The translations under genes and the position numbers were made by a program. This document shows positions 1 to 14,472 of a stretch of 64,000 bases of DNA, one piece after another. Below the pieces are notes generated by a model. It made no database searches. It saw nothing but the letters and a program-made list of their open reading frames with translations, and had not been told where the DNA came from. Origin of the DNA: Mytilus edulis (taxonomy: Eukaryota); contig NC_092352.1 of assembly GCF_963676685.1 (NCBI RefSeq), positions 32,364,001-32,428,000 of the forward strand, in the 5' to 3' direction. The stretch's first letter is position 1. Each line of letters begins with the position of its first letter.

Positions 1-2404
1 ATCGATACAAAGAAAAACATCAAACAAAGACACAGACAAGACTTGGCACGGTATATTCCCATCCCTCATCCCTAACAACAACAAAAATACAGTAAGTACA
101 GATCTGAGAGTACCCGCAGCAAGTTAAAAGCCAACAAATCATGTATTTAGAAAAAAGTCTGGCAAAACAAATGTAAGAAAAAATGCATATGCAAGTTTAA
201 ACTGTTTAATTTAAACAAATTTTCATTGTGACTTGTTATTGTTTCCAAACTTTCGCTCTTATTCTAAGTTGATATCTTATAGTTCGCGTCTGTGTGTATT
301 GCATTGTCGTTTGTTTTTGTTCACTTCAGTGTTTCTGTTGTTTCGTTGTTTTCCTCTTATAGCTGATGTGTTTCCCTCGGTTTTATTTTGTAACCCGGAT
401 TAGTTTTTGTCTGAATCGATTTATGATTTCCGAAGAGCGGTATACTACTGTTGCCTTTATTTACATGAAGGCAAGTACTGTCCTTTTTCAATGAATATAT
501 TCGTTTGTTATTAAAAAAAATAAGAAATTTGCGCTTACCTTCTGTCGTGGTTTTAACCTCCATTTCACAAGAGGTGTTCTACACTCCTTATGTGTATGGT
601 TTAGAGTCTCTTGTACGTTCTAATAGAAGATATAATATATTACTATAAAGCTTGAACATTTAAGTGTTTACTTACAATAATGTTCCTGTAAATTCGCAAT
701 GTTAGAATAAGATATTTTACCATTTTACCAAAGATATTCATTATTATGACACCAGAAATTATAAATTATAAAAACATGTCCAAGAACATTTTGACAAAAA
801 GAAAACCCAGACTAGCAATCTCTACAAAAAATAAAGTCCATTCCATCTGATGCTAGATTTTGACACAAACTAACAAGGATTTAACAAGTGAATCGGTTTT
901 CCAAACTTCGGGTAATTATTTACTTTAATACCATTTCAGCAATACAAATAGATTTCAGTTTCGTTCATAAGATCAATTCAAAGCAGAAAAGAAAAGAAAA
1001 AATATCAAAGGTTTCATTACTTACTGCCATAACATGAGGTTCAACAATATTATTACGATATGAAAATGTGAAACTGTTTATATATATTTTGATGATATAA
1101 AACGGGTTGACTATTATGAATAAATTACTATTACTTTTTAATATTATAGATTAGTATGTAGATCAGCAAATTGTGCTTCTTTTCACTTTTCAATAGATGT
1201 TTATATGTTATTAGGCATGAAATGAATTTTCTATATGTTTTATCTCGTATTCATTGAACCAAATATTTTTAGCATCTAAAACAGATATAAAAAGCATGGA
1301 TGTTTTTCATATATTCTATAACAATCTTAAGGCGATTACATTTACAGTTAAAGTTTCAGTTTAATTTTATCTTTCTTTTGACTGCAATTGAAATAAAAAT
1401 TTAATGCGTTTTCCACAATTTCTATGTTACCTCAAAGGCGGTCAAATTTACATGCAGTGATATTTACATTCAGACTCAACGAGTTAACTCCCCATTCTAA
1501 AGTACATATAGATGAATTATCATCAATGTTTATATATTTTTAAATTGCTGGTTGTTTTCATGAATACGCAAGTGCATAATATAATTGGATAATATATTTT
1601 TTTTATTATCAATAGCATATCATTTTAAATTAAACTATTTGTAAATCTATCTCAATTTGTATTCCAAATTCATTTTTAACAAATGCCATTTTAATTACAT
1701 CATAGTATGGGTATACATTCTGTAATGCCTGAATTGTTGCCTAATCTGCTATGACAAATGTGATCTGATTTTAAAGCAATAATAATCAGGCAATAGTTAA
1801 TTTGTTTCTGATGTTTATGTTATCCCATTATCCCATAGTTTTCGTTATTTGGAAAAATCGAATCGTTCGTTTTGTAAGATTCTCGATTGAGTAAAAATAA
1901 CTCATTTTCTAGCACCATGTTATAGGTATGGTCAGGTAGTGTTAAGAATTGAAAGGATGATCTAGAAACTTATAACAGTATGATAAATCATAGTAAGAAA
2001 AGGAAAATAATCGAAAAAACAGGCTATGGGAAACACATGTTTTGACAGTGGCAAACACACGATAATTTGGTTTTAAAAGTAATGCATACGCCTTGATACG
2101 CTCCCTGATAACCGAGAAAAATCAAAACAGTATGACAAATTATAGTAAAGAAAGGAAAATTGAAGAAAATAAAATAAAGTAATAACACGTCATGTACTTA
2201 AAACACATGACAAAAAAATTTAGACGTTGATTTAATGAATGACTTTATAATATACATTTCATTTTGAGCACGATTGTTAGAACAGGGATTCGATTATGTA
2301 ATTCTATACAAAAATAAGTTATCTTAATCCTAATATGTACCATTAACCCTATCATATTATATTCCGTATATCTGTCTGTAAGAAAAAGGAGATTGTTATA
2401 ACGT

Positions 2405-2700
2405 TATAAATAAAGGCAACTGTAGTATACCGATGTTTAAAACTCATAAATCGATAGAAACAAACAAATCCGGGTCACAAACCAAAACCGAGGGAAACGC
2501 ATTAAATATAAGAGGAGAATGACGACACAACATTGAAATGTAACACACACAGAAACGAACTAAGCATTTAACATCAAAACTAAATACATGAATTTGGGAT
2601 AGAAAAGTACTGTGACACGTCTTATAATAATGTGAATTCACAATCAAATATAAGAGGAAACAAACGACACAAAAGAAACACAACGTTAAAATGTATAATT
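2405..2700 (+). repeat. Dispersed repeat; inverted copies at about 215-462 and 25715-26135
   Basis: aaataaaggcaac.gtagtataccg...aatccgggt.acaaa..aaaaccgagggaaac is reverse-complemented at 370-462. Confidence 0.7.
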
Positions 2701-5441
2701 GAGACAACCATCCACCAAAGACCAAAAACGATTATTTTAACAGCTATTTGTCACCACGTGGTCTTCAACAATGAACAAATAGCAATGACCATACTGAAGT
2801 CATGACAAAATGTTATTATAAATAAAATTATTATACAGAGATTTTTAAATGAGTTTAGAATTTTGAATAAACTGCTGAGTCCAATTTTTTCAAAATGTCA
2901 AAGAAGAAAATGGTAAACAAAATTTTGCTTTTCAGAAAAACACAATAAAAGCTTCTAAATAGTGAAGTAGCAGTGAAATGACTAAAAGTACATCTCAACA
3001 TTTGTAGAAAGCCCTCTAGTAAGCTTGTATTGCTTATATCTTCGTCATTTTTGGTCTCTGGTGGGTAGTTGTCTAATTGGCAATCATACCACATCTCTTT
3101 ATTTTTATAAGCTTAGTCGTACTTTAAAATTATTTAAATTTATTTTAATAGTTTAAAAAGCAAAATGCATTTAAATGCAATATGAAAAGATAAATATAAA
3201 GTAGGGATTTAAAAAAAAACGTGTTAAATGCAGTACTCTTGACAGAAATATGATTCAGTGTGGGTTTTTTTCTGCTTCATTTTAATAGTAATAGATCACC
3301 ATTTGTATTTGAAAATATAGCAAAAAGATTTAATTAAATTTGTATGCATATCTTTTTATATAAAATTCTCTCATATTTTGCAACACAATCTTACCTTGGC
3401 TGCGTACGCATTACGAATAAAATAACTCATACTCACATACGATGGTGTACAATGATCGACCGAAAAAACACGTTCACAGTTCATTTGTCCTTGCAATGAA
3501 TTTATCATTTTCCAACGTTAAACGATAGAAAACACAGAAAAGCAAGGAATATGAATATTGCCGTTGAAATGAATCTATCACAAAATTCTCCCAGTAGCAC
3601 ACATTGGGCAAAATATATATGAAATAAGGACGATATTTGTCATGAACTCAATTTTCAATATGTTAAATAAGACATAACGTGTATATTCAAGAATTAAGTA
3701 ATGCTACACTTGATACTTGAGAATCTAATTTGGTGATATAATTCAATTATAAAAGTCAAAATCAACAATTTATGTGTTTAAATACAGTAATTTTCTCTAA
3801 AGATACATTTAAAATTAAAAATAACCGTTAAAAAGATATTTATTAAAGTAATTACTATTGTATACTTTATTTCGATTGGAAAATGCAATACTTTGTAAAG
3901 TTAGTCATTCGTTTTTCCTATAAATTTTAACAGGTAATAGAGGGGATCTCATTATTTCTCTGAATTGTAGTTAATAAGCAAAAACACATATATGTCATGA
4001 ACATTCTTCTTTAGAAATAAGAATAATTAAACATATACATGCACATCGTGGTTGCAACCGATTTGGACGAATAACTTTTTACTCTCTTCATTTTAATAAT
4101 TTTAACGAAAAACTTTTTTTCATTTATGAATATTCTTACCCTTAGAAATCTGGGAGTTCTTTCCATTATTTAGTCAGCATTCGGTACGTATACGCTCCAT
4201 GTCTCCATGACAGGAGAAAGACGACGAAAGGATTGCTATAAAATCTTTTTATTGACTATATAAAGACCTTCGTTTTTAATCTGTAAATCAAAATTTTAAA
4301 CATATTAATCCAATTTCAATGTGCATTATTCTAGCTTGAAAAAAACACCCCTAATACATGTTTTAGTTAACAAAACAATCGAAAGGAAAACAAACAAAAC
4401 AATTAATGTTAACTTAAACACTCCCGAGATAGGGACCTGAGATGGTCACACGTCAAACGGCATACAAGTGATAAACCTTTTCAATAGGAATGTGCATTTA
4501 AGCGAATAATTTACTAAACTTTTTAGTTTTAATAATTACAATCCAACATATGAAAAATTTATTTTACACTGTTTAAATTAGGCGAATTAGGTAAAACATT
4601 ATATCCATAAACATTTCATTCTTATTTTCAATATTTTTCAAGGTCAGGAAAGAGGATAGATTATGATTCTGTGTAGAATATTACCCCAAAAACGTAATCA
4701 TTAACATGAATGTTGAACCTTTCCCTCCATTTGAAAACATAAAAAAAACGAAACAGAATACTGGCAAACAAACAAAATTCATTTTGTGATAAAAACAGAA
4801 GATGGGTAGAAACTATTCATCGATTCAAACAGTAAATTTAAAATTCCAGATCATTACAGAAAAGTCAATAAATATGTTATTACGAAAATTTTGCAAATTA
4901 CAGCCACCATAGATTTGCTTACCGTATTTTGAGGGTCATCTAATACCAAACGTTGATTGTTAGAGTTTAAACGTTTCATGTGTCGGTTTGTTCGTTCGAT
5001 TTTATTGGAAATAATAAAAATATTAAGAAATGCAAAAGTGGAGAAAACTTCAAAATGTTATCAATTGCTGTATGAATCGCACCCTTGAAAGCTATACATT
5101 AGCTTTTATTATTTTACTGTTGAATAATTATTCCTAGAAATAAATGTCCGTTATCCTACTATTATAAATCAATCGACTTGTAACTGTACAAAATATATCT
5201 CTTACAGAGATAACATTTACATTTTGACAAATATGGGCAATGACTTTTGGTATTGTTCGTCTGCAAATAGCGTCCAATAATGGCAAGATGCACTTCTCCA
5301 ATATGTATGAAACCCTTTGTGAAGTTTCCAGGATCTGAGTTTAAAAGTATAAGAGATGATTAGCGCCGATTACACAAATTTGATTTTCTTCTGAAGATTT
5401 TGCCTAAATAGTTATCAAAGGTACCAGGATTTTAATTTAAT

Positions 5442-5485
5442 ACACCAGACGCGCGTTTCGTATTCATAAGACTCATCAGTAACGC
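5442..5485 (-). ncRNA. Minimal type I hammerhead ribozyme motif (weakened stems) inside a ~290-bp repeat (5405-5690)
   Basis: Minus strand gcguua CUGAUGA gucuuaugaauac GAAA c-gcgc-g UC^ uggugu; core intact, one mismatch in stem II, G-U-rich stem I. Confidence 0.65.
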
Positions 5486-6294
5486 TCAGATCAAAATAAG
5501 TTATAAAGCCAAACAAGTACAAAGTTGAAGAGCATTGAGGAGTGAGGACCCGAAATTCCAAAAAGTTGTGCCAAATACGGCTAAAGTAATCTATTCCTGG
5601 GATGAGAAAATCCTTAGTTTTTGGGAAAATTTAAAGTTTTGACAACAGGAAATTTATTAAAATGACCATATAATTGGTATTCATGTCAACAAAATGAGTT
5701 CCCAATGCTGGAAATTTGACAGGGTAGTTATCAGGACAATTAGTTAGCAATAGATGTACAACTTCAATATATAAATAATTCTTCTTTAAAGTTGAAGAAC
5801 TAGAAGTGATCTGGGTAGCTGGGTTGAAAATTTATTCAAAGCCAATGAAATTTGTGAAATTCGGTAGGACATACCTAAATACATAAATATACCAAGTAAA
5901 GTGTTTTAATAAAAAAAAATCAATGTTCAGTTATATCCATTAACCACACACGTAACATTAGTGCACTCAAACATTTCTCGTTTCTTAAATAAAGATAAAG
6001 GGATGAAAGTTGATTAACCAGGGGGAAATGTTAATCCAGAATAAACAGTCTGTGCTTATATCCAGTGAAATTATTGAATTCGGCGTTTTATTACGGTAAT
6101 TAAGATATTTGTGAAATTTTGACTTTGATCCCTTGATCCCTCACTTTGGCAAACTTACTTGCCATAGATATTCTTCTATTTTTATGACAAATAATTTATT
6201 AATAATTGAGAATAACGAGTTTTAGGAAGAAAGTTATGGATCAGAACACAAGTATCAGTCCACTAATCCAAGGTTCAATTGTTTTCTATGGTAA

Positions 6295-6362
6295 TATAGT
6301 TATCAAATGTACCATGATTATAATTTAGTACGCCCAGACGCGCGTTTCGTCTACATAAAATC
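6295..6362 (-). repeat. Truncated copy of the hammerhead-bearing repeat at 5405-5690
   Basis: atagttatcaaa.gtacca.gatt...ccagacgcgcgtttcgtctacataa matches 5408-5470; the CUGAUGA half is missing. Confidence 0.7.
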
Positions 6363-8605
6363 ACTGAAAAATTTAGCATACTAGTACCTTTAATTGCAAA
6401 TGGAGGGTAATGTTTTCTGAAAGTCCGGAAAAACATTTTAAACAGGTACTTTTGATCTAGAGAAACGGGCAACATTTTCCCTTTTATTTTAATTTCATAC
6501 CTGAATATTTCATCTATTTTGAAAGCTTCAACTATGGGAATGATCAAATTTTTAAAAAATAAATCTACTTTTTTCTGATGTTCTTCCTGGTCATGTTTAA
6601 ATTAGTAGTTCTTTACCTGAACAGAAAACACATTTGAAGAGCTCTGATTTTTTACTTGTAGGTTTTTGAAGTCTGTGAAAACACTATTATTAAGTTTAGT
6701 GCTTTTCTGATCTGGTTTCTATATTCTGTTCTTCTATGTACCCTTTCATTATTAAACTTAACAGACATAGAAAAGGGATGGAAAAAGAACTTGAACCTTG
6801 GCAAAATGTTTACAAGCATGTTTCTTTTGCATTAACTTAAAGTCAGACACCTCTGAAGTTGAGAGAGGAAATAAGGAATGAACCGACAAAAGAGCAGAAA
6901 ACAGCTGAAAGCCACCAATAGGTCTTCTATACGACAAGAAAATCCTGCACCCAGATGCTTGCTTCAGCTGGCCCCTAAGTATTCTTTAAAGTTTTGTGTT
7001 GTTGGTAGGTGTTTTGGTAGTCTCTATCAAATCCCATATACAGACAAAGGACAATTTGGAGATGGATAAATGATAGACTCTTGTGTATCATAAAATGCAG
7101 TAGGTAATTCAAAATTATACATAAATCTTATTATTCTTTTATGGCATTGTTGTATTGTCTTATCCTGACATCTTCTTATCCACAACAACAAAAGTACAGT
7201 TTAATATGTCATTTATTGTTTACAACAAACAAAAATAGTAAAAAAGCACCATCTATTCCATACATACACAAATAATATCTCTCATTCACTCTACATTTCG
7301 AAAAGCATAATGAAAATGCATTTTTGGCATCAATGAAACAGCAATGACTGTATTTAAGTTTTGAATCCATGTTAATATCCTTGTTTATTTTTGAGACCTT
7401 TAACTGAGAGTATATAACAATACTGTCAAAATCAAACTGATTTGTTAGTTTGATTTTAGTTCAAAAGCTGCTAAGATATGTTATCCTTTGAGATTACTAC
7501 CACTTCTTTTAATTTCTTTTATTGTAATGAGTCAGTTAATATAAAAGATGCTGCCACTGTTACAAAAAAAAAAAGAAATAATAAAAGTTATTTGATTCCG
7601 ATACAATAAATAAATCATTTTAAAGTTAAATGCATATTTATAATTACAGTAATGTCTTACAAAGTTCTACATGTAGAAGACAGCCAGAGGAATATGCTGT
7701 AACATGTAAATGCAGTAAAACAGCTGTATAATCCTGGCTAGATCTTGGCTGATTTTCTACCTCTTCATAGAAGTTGTGTTCAATACATGCTTTGATGTAA
7801 AACTATAATTTGCTGTGAGATTGTTTTTTGGGTTTTTTTGGCAAGAGGCATCAACACTGTCAGGTCCATGCACAATTAGGGATAACAGATAAGGGATTTT
7901 GATTATAAGAAATGTGTCTGTAATTCTTGAAACAAACAAAATCTTACAGCACTTTTTATCTCATTTTTCACAAATTTACGTTAAAATATCTTAAGTACCC
8001 TGAAACTGGTGAGGCTATAAATAGACCTGTGTACAGGTACTTTTGTATCTCAAAAGTACTAAATCTTCCAATACTTAAAATGAGTTATAGAAATTAAGCT
8101 TCTAATTAAAAATACAGAAGAAGTTTCTATACAAATACTAACTTTGCAAGTTGAATGTAAAGCATATAAATATATATAGCATATAATTATTTGCTTTAAA
8201 CAATCAATTATTATTGGTTTTTTTATGTTTTCCTATTAATGTTAATTGGTTGCATAGAATTTTGATAGAGGATGCAACATGTAATATATATATACTGTAA
8301 ATTCAAAAATTATTTTTATTATTGTGAAAATTGCAACAGAGTTGTAAACACTATAATTTAAACTTGCATTTTGAAATATTTTATATTCATAAATTAAACA
8401 GGATTTTCCTTGAAAATCGTAAAAATTAAAATCGTATTTTAGTCTAAAATGACAAAATCACAATAATAAATGCACGCAATAATTTCAGAATTTACAATAC
8501 ATATATATATATATCGGTATTAGAAATATATCATTCAATCAATTTCATATATCCAAATGAATAAAATGTTTTAATATAATATGAAGCACTGTATGAGATT
8601 GTTGA

Positions 8606-11600
8606 TTACAAACATTTATTGTCTGATTTCTTTGGCATGGATTCCACTGGATGATTGGCAAAGAACATCTCCATTGGTTTATTTATTCTCCAGTATCGTT
8701 CATTCACTTGGTGAAGGGTCATGGATCCATTTAATGAGGTATAGTTACCAGGTGTACTGGCAATGTATATTACATAATTTGTTTCTCCTTTACTTCTACC
8801 TGTAATTAATAGGTAAATCATAACTCTTCATGAAATGCAGTATTTACATTAAATAATGATGCAAGAAAAATATAAACCCTGACATTTTCAATGTATTAGA
8901 TAGTAGGGGTATGTAAGAAATGCATCACAGATATAAATCAAGACATTTTTAATTTGCTAGCAGCTCAGTCTTTATTCATTACAAATCTATGACATATTTG
9001 TATACAAAATGAAGCAATGTCAATTTAAAGTTAAAGAGAAAATCTATGTGTTATTTAATTTACTTTTAAAAACAAATAATAGATATATTGTAAAACTGCT
9101 AGACTAAAAAAAGACATATTTTTCATTTTGCACTTTTCAATTTCAATTTTTATGATATATTGAAATTTTCACATCCTGTTCCATTGAATTAGTCGCTTAT
9201 TTAAATGTCCTATTCTACATGAATCTTTTCTACAATATTTCTTTCTTTAAAACAAGTATTCTTTCCAATTATGATAAGTAATATTTAAGTTTCGCATTCA
9301 CCAATGTGCGAAGTATAAACTTTTTCTTGCAAACATTTAAAGGACCTTTCAATATCAATCTCGTGGACTCAAGCTCGATTCTCAGAATATAATTCAAGTA
9401 GCATATCACAGTGAGTGCAGGGAGTTTTTAAGCAATGAGTTTGAGAGAAAACTGAAATCACTGATCAACTATAATGACAAGTTAGCATACTTTGTGATAA
9501 TGGATGAATTATATAAATATTTAAAATTATAAATTTTACAATGCTGTTTACATAGTAGTAATAGTTATTTTCCAAAATGTTAGTAACTGATCAAATGCCT
9601 AGTTTATTAAAAGACAACAAGTAAATATACATGAACATAAGACTAGAAAAAAATATATAAGTAGATGCAAGGGACATAATCTAGACTCTTTTTACAGTTT
9701 TAACCCTCTTACATGTAGTTTTTCACAGTTAGTTTTTAAGTTGCCACTTTTGTATTTTTATAATCCTTTACTAGAATTCATTGAAATAATCAAATAGAGA
9801 GGGTTTTCACTGGGTAACAACTTTAGAGTAGCTTGTTGGTATTAAATTGCATGCCCACTGTACAGAAAAGCAGATATTAGTTTATACTTGGTATGTTTAT
9901 CGATTAAAAATGTTTGATCTTTTGGTTGAACTCAAGTGGGTTTTAAATTTCAATTACTGAACTGGATTGTGATGTTAAGAATTATGCTATCACAGATGGG
10001 AAACTATTTGAAACTTATCTTTTACTATTTTTTTTTTTATCTTATTCAATATAGAGGCAAATCATCTCCCTTTCCACAATACTTCATGTTTGCGTTTACT
10101 TTAATAGGTAATGTCTATCTAAACTTATTGGTGACCAGTATATTCAGTATGCTTTACTATAGCAGTAAATTTAGTTGGTTGACTTATGATATATAACAAA
10201 ATATGCTCTAATTGTCATAACCACAATGCTGCATTTTTTCCTCAAATGTGACCTACCAGATAAGACTTATGGGTTTTCTAATTACATAAGCAACAAAACA
10301 GGTGCCACATGTGAAGTAGTGGACACCTTAAATCACACCAGGTTTTTGGTTGGGTTTGAATTGCTAAGACTTTAGTTTTCTTTGTTGTTGTATTTTGTGT
10401 ACAGCTGTCTGTTTCTTCACCATTTTCTTATTTTTGCTATGGCATTGAGATTTATTTTTACTTTTTCACAACAAAAGGGGGGAGGGGGTATTTAGTCTAT
10501 GAAATTTTTCAAAGTCAAAATTTTCATTAACGACTGGTGATAATAGGACCAATTCAGCAATTGCCGATATTTTGTCATTTGTTATCACATGCCAATTACA
10601 AGTATGTTGTTGTTTGTGAGCATGTGCTAGTAATCACTGGCACAGGAAAACAGATTAAAAGTGTGACTTGGTTATTTCCAGTAGTTGTAAATAAAGGTCA
10701 GGGTTCTCGCTAAGGATTTTTAAAGGCGAGTCCAGGGACTTGTCATTTTTTGCCATAGTGAGTCCAACAGCAAGAAGAAGGTATTTTATTGCAATATAAT
10801 GTAATATTTTAGTCTCCATGCATATGGCCTAACAGACCAATAAAATGACATTAAATTCAGATTACTTTTAAACTTTTACTATAAAATGATGATATTTGTG
10901 TTTAACTGTGTTCAGTTTATACAAAATTTCTTAATCTTGATGCATCTGTGGACTCACCAGTTTTGAAAATGGTGTGGACTCACCAGTTTTGAAAATGGTG
11001 AGTCCAGACAGATTTTGATGAGTCCAGGACTCATGGACTCGCCTTAGCGAGAACCCGAAAGGTGATAAGATAGTTGCGATAAATGTACTTAGCACTGATT
11101 AATAGTTTTTAAATTTGTAACAGATTATTTGAAATTCCCTTGTTCTTTTCCTGAAAGTATGAAATTATAGAATTCGAAGACTTCGCATTTCTTAACAAAT
11201 GACTTACTTTGCTCTCCTTTTGCTGCATCTAATGATAGTCTAATGGCCAAGTATTTTGAAAGATGATCAACTGAAATATAAAATTACAAATAAAGTCAAA
11301 AGCAAAAACAAATTGGTTTGATTGATTATGTCTGCAATAGTTTGTGCTAAAATAAGTAATGTAAATACAAAATGTATTCAAGGTTCTTAAAAAATTGAAA
11401 CCAAGAAACCTTGATGGAATCAGAAAAAATCTTGTGTTCTAAATGATGAATAAAAAAATATATAGTTGTCAGCAGCTGAGTCCAGTCAAAAAGTATGTAA
11501 GCCATACTTTCCCTTGTCTCTTTTAAACAGACAACTTAGGTGATTAAATATATTGAATTGTATTTCTCAAGAACTATGGACTTGCAATGGCCAAATTTGA

Positions 11601-13263
11601 GAATTCCATTAAATTGATTCACAAGTTGTAAATATCTTCTACTGACAGCTTTATTTTGGAATTTGGAAAATAAATGTGCATAAAATTTGCATAGAAAGTC
11701 AGTAGCTATCTCTCTCTTTATAAAAAATAAACTCGACCACAGTTACTTTCTTGGGCCTTTTATGGCATACATGAACATTTATTTTCCAATTATTTCATCA
11801 ATTTGAAATAAATAACTCAATAAACATTTCATATGACTATCAATATTTAAAATCTTTAATTTGAAATGACTAGGACTTTGTATATATTTTGATTATAAGT
11901 TCACCTGTAGCATTGGCTGTGGTCTTTATAAATCTTGTTTGTAATGTATCTATGTTTTGATCAGCTGTTGGTAAAGATCTGAACACAAGCTCTATGTCAC
12001 TGGCGGGTAGTTCTGTCATTGGCTGCTCGCCATCTGAGTCTTCTGTTGTTTTTGTGCGCTTTAATGGTGTTGTATCATTTGAAGTAGTACTAGCTGTTTC
12101 AAGCTTTGACAAATCTGTCTCTGTGTCATGTTTCCGTACCCTAACTCGCTGAGCTCTGTTCATAGCCTGCATCCTCAAACCTTCTTCAATGCTATAATAT
12201 AGGAATATACATTGTACAAATGTATGTACAAAATGTATAATCAAAACAAAATTTATCTCCAAAGTTTACATTTAAATCATTATACATGTACATGAAGACT
12301 TTTCAGCCAAGTACTATAGATGGTGAACAAAGTTCAATATTAATATTTATTTAGGACCGGTGAGTTTGAAAGTTAGTTCAGTGGTTGTTGTTGGTTGCTG
12401 TCATGTCCGTTATCTGTTTTTCATTTGTCATTAAGTTATAAATTAGGCGGTTAGTTTTCTAAATTGAATTGTTTCACATTTTACATGTTGGAGCCTTCAA
12501 AAGTTGACTATACATATACAATAAGGATTTTTTTTATCTTATTATTGAAGGCTGTACAGTTTCCTTTAATTACTTACAATGTACATCCTTAAGTTTTGAC
12601 TCTCATATATAGTTGTCTCATTGGCAATAATACCACATACATTAACTTTACATTAGTTGAAAATGTTTTCACCAGGTAACAATCTGCTCTATCACCTTCA
12701 CAAATATGTAAATTTATTAATGTCCCAGGTTACAAACAAAATTAATGAACATCTACAAAGTGTGGTGTTTTGAAATAGCATAATTTTTAGACACTGTCAG
12801 CATAAAGAAATGTATACAAACAATGCTGTCATGCTGAAATGTTATACCTGTGAGTAAGAGCTGCACTACTGTGTTGTTTGTTGAGTTTGGCCAGGACACG
12901 TTCCTGATGGGCCTCATATTCATCTCTACTTGGGTATATCTTAGAAATCAGGGCATCAAAATTTGGGTCTGGTCGTAATGATCTCTTTGAAACAAGCTTT
13001 TTCCGGCAGGTTGGACATTCTTTGTTCCCACTTCTAAGTGCAGTTATAATACATTCTTGACAAAAACGATGTAAACACTCTTTTGTTGTCATCGTATTTT
13101 TTAACATATCTAGGCATATCGGACACATTAGTTCACTGTGCAGACTCCTTGGAGATACTGCTATCTCTGTATTATCCGTGATCGCCTCCTGTGGAGTGCG
13201 ATGGAGCTCATATAAGCTCAATTCCCAAGTTTTATTCGGCGCATTCGTTACTTCGTTTGCCAT
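8606..13263 (-). CDS. RNF2: Polycomb PRC1 E3 ubiquitin ligase RING1/RING2 (Sce ortholog); exons 13263-12848, 12191-11905, 11270-11208, 8799-8606
   Basis: [20 protein letters not shown]...[24 protein letters not shown]...[38 protein letters not shown] region; RAWUL domain pieces [32 protein letters not shown]...LNGSMTL...[12 protein letters not shown]; GT-AG junctions are phase-compatible. Confidence 0.96.
10699..11057. mobile_element. hAT-like MITE in RING1 intron 3
   Basis: TIRs cagggttctcgctaagg / ccttagcgagaacccg; aaaggt on both flanks (partial TSD). Confidence 0.7.
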
Positions 13264-13273
13264 CTTTGTATTG

Positions 13274-13298
13274 CACGGAAGTTGTGGTCGCGCATGCG
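13274..13298. promoter_or_regulatory. ETS-like (CGGAAGT) and NRF1-like (GCGCATGCG) motifs just upstream of the RING1 ATG
   Basis: cacggaagttgtggtcgcgcatgcg; CGGAAGT also lies about 30-45 bp before the TRIM (16886) and E4F1 (27927) start codons. Confidence 0.45.
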
Positions 13299-13369
13299 GA
13301 TTAACATTGTCAAAGGTTTTCTCAAAGTACAGTGCAATACTCGGTTTCCAAAGTTGAAATATTTGTTTA

Positions 13370-14466
13370 CAGGCGGAAACCCAGTTGAAATAGAACAAAA
13401 GAATCGAAGCTCTTTGTTAGAGAAGGCGATAAATGCTAACTGTACTGTTTACTACAGTAACAAAAGTTAATAGAAACAAACAAACTGACGACAATTTTCT
13501 TCTCAATGACGAAGTGTTTTATTTTAAAAACACCATTTGCATATAAAGTTTGGCAAATTGCAATTTATCTATTACATATAGTAATGCATAACAATTAGAT
13601 ATCAAGTCGACGACAGTGGTATCTATCAAGTTGGATGTCAGAAAATGCAAAACATCCGATTTAATTATTTTTTTACCACGGACGGAGAACATATCAATCT
13701 ATTCGTGTCTGCCCTTCCATGCTTCCATTATGTGACTCAAGAAAAAAATTGCAAAAAATGGGTAACAATTGTATCGAAAAGAGAAAATCGAGTGCACCTT
13801 TTTATGTTCAAGGCGTGTTTGAGGTGTATATTTTGTCTTTAAAACGTACAAAGCAAGAGTATTTGATATATCATCTCGCTTCATATTCTATAATTTTTAT
13901 AAATCAAAACGGCTACAAGTTGACTTGATAGCTTAAAAAAATCACAGTAAGAAAAGATGAAATACCTATCTAATGAATAAAAAAAACAGAGTAGGTGTGT
14001 TCGAATAGCTATTTTTTTTACTAAAAGTACTTGACAACAGTCTTTTAAGTTGGATGATGAAAATGCCTATCCTCCTCGAAATTTTTTTTTTGTATGTGAT
14101 AACTAGGGTTAATAATCTTCAATCACTGAAAATTTTTAGACTGCCCTTCCACGAAATATTTAATTAGAATTTTTTTAAATGTTTTGGAATTTTCGAAAAT
14201 TCCATCTGACAACCGATCAGAAAATAGTTTTAAGTTGAATCAATGCAGACAAGATCATTAACTGATGTTCATTAGCTAGTAGATACATTTGTCTTTTAAA
14301 ATACAACTGACATATAAGGATCGTAGTGGTGCTATGTGGATACATTTATCGGTTTTCAAGAGCAAAATTGGCAGCGCGTCATCCCTACAATGGCTTCCAT
14401 TTCTACGATTGTGAAAATGAACTGGCGTAATGGGGAGATAATTTTGACGAAGTAGAATCCTGACTG
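13370..14466. repeat. ~1.1-kb direct repeat, copy 1 (starts about 105 bp upstream of the RING1 ATG)
   Basis: Colinear with 20432-21553 from cagg.ggaaaccc.gttgaaatagaacaaaag to gacgaagtagaatcctgactg. Confidence 0.92.
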
Positions 14467-14472
14467 CTAGTA

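Noticed and set aside
1-7200. Possible gene in the first 7 kb (short ORFs; a minus-strand donor-like AG|GTAAGA near 3394)
   Set aside because: No coherent coding exons or homology were recognised; an isolated splice-like motif is not enough evidence.
13264-13398. N-terminal extension of RING1 suggested by the ORF track
   Set aside because: It starts at a non-ATG codon inside the 1.1-kb repeat; homology begins after the ATG at 13263.
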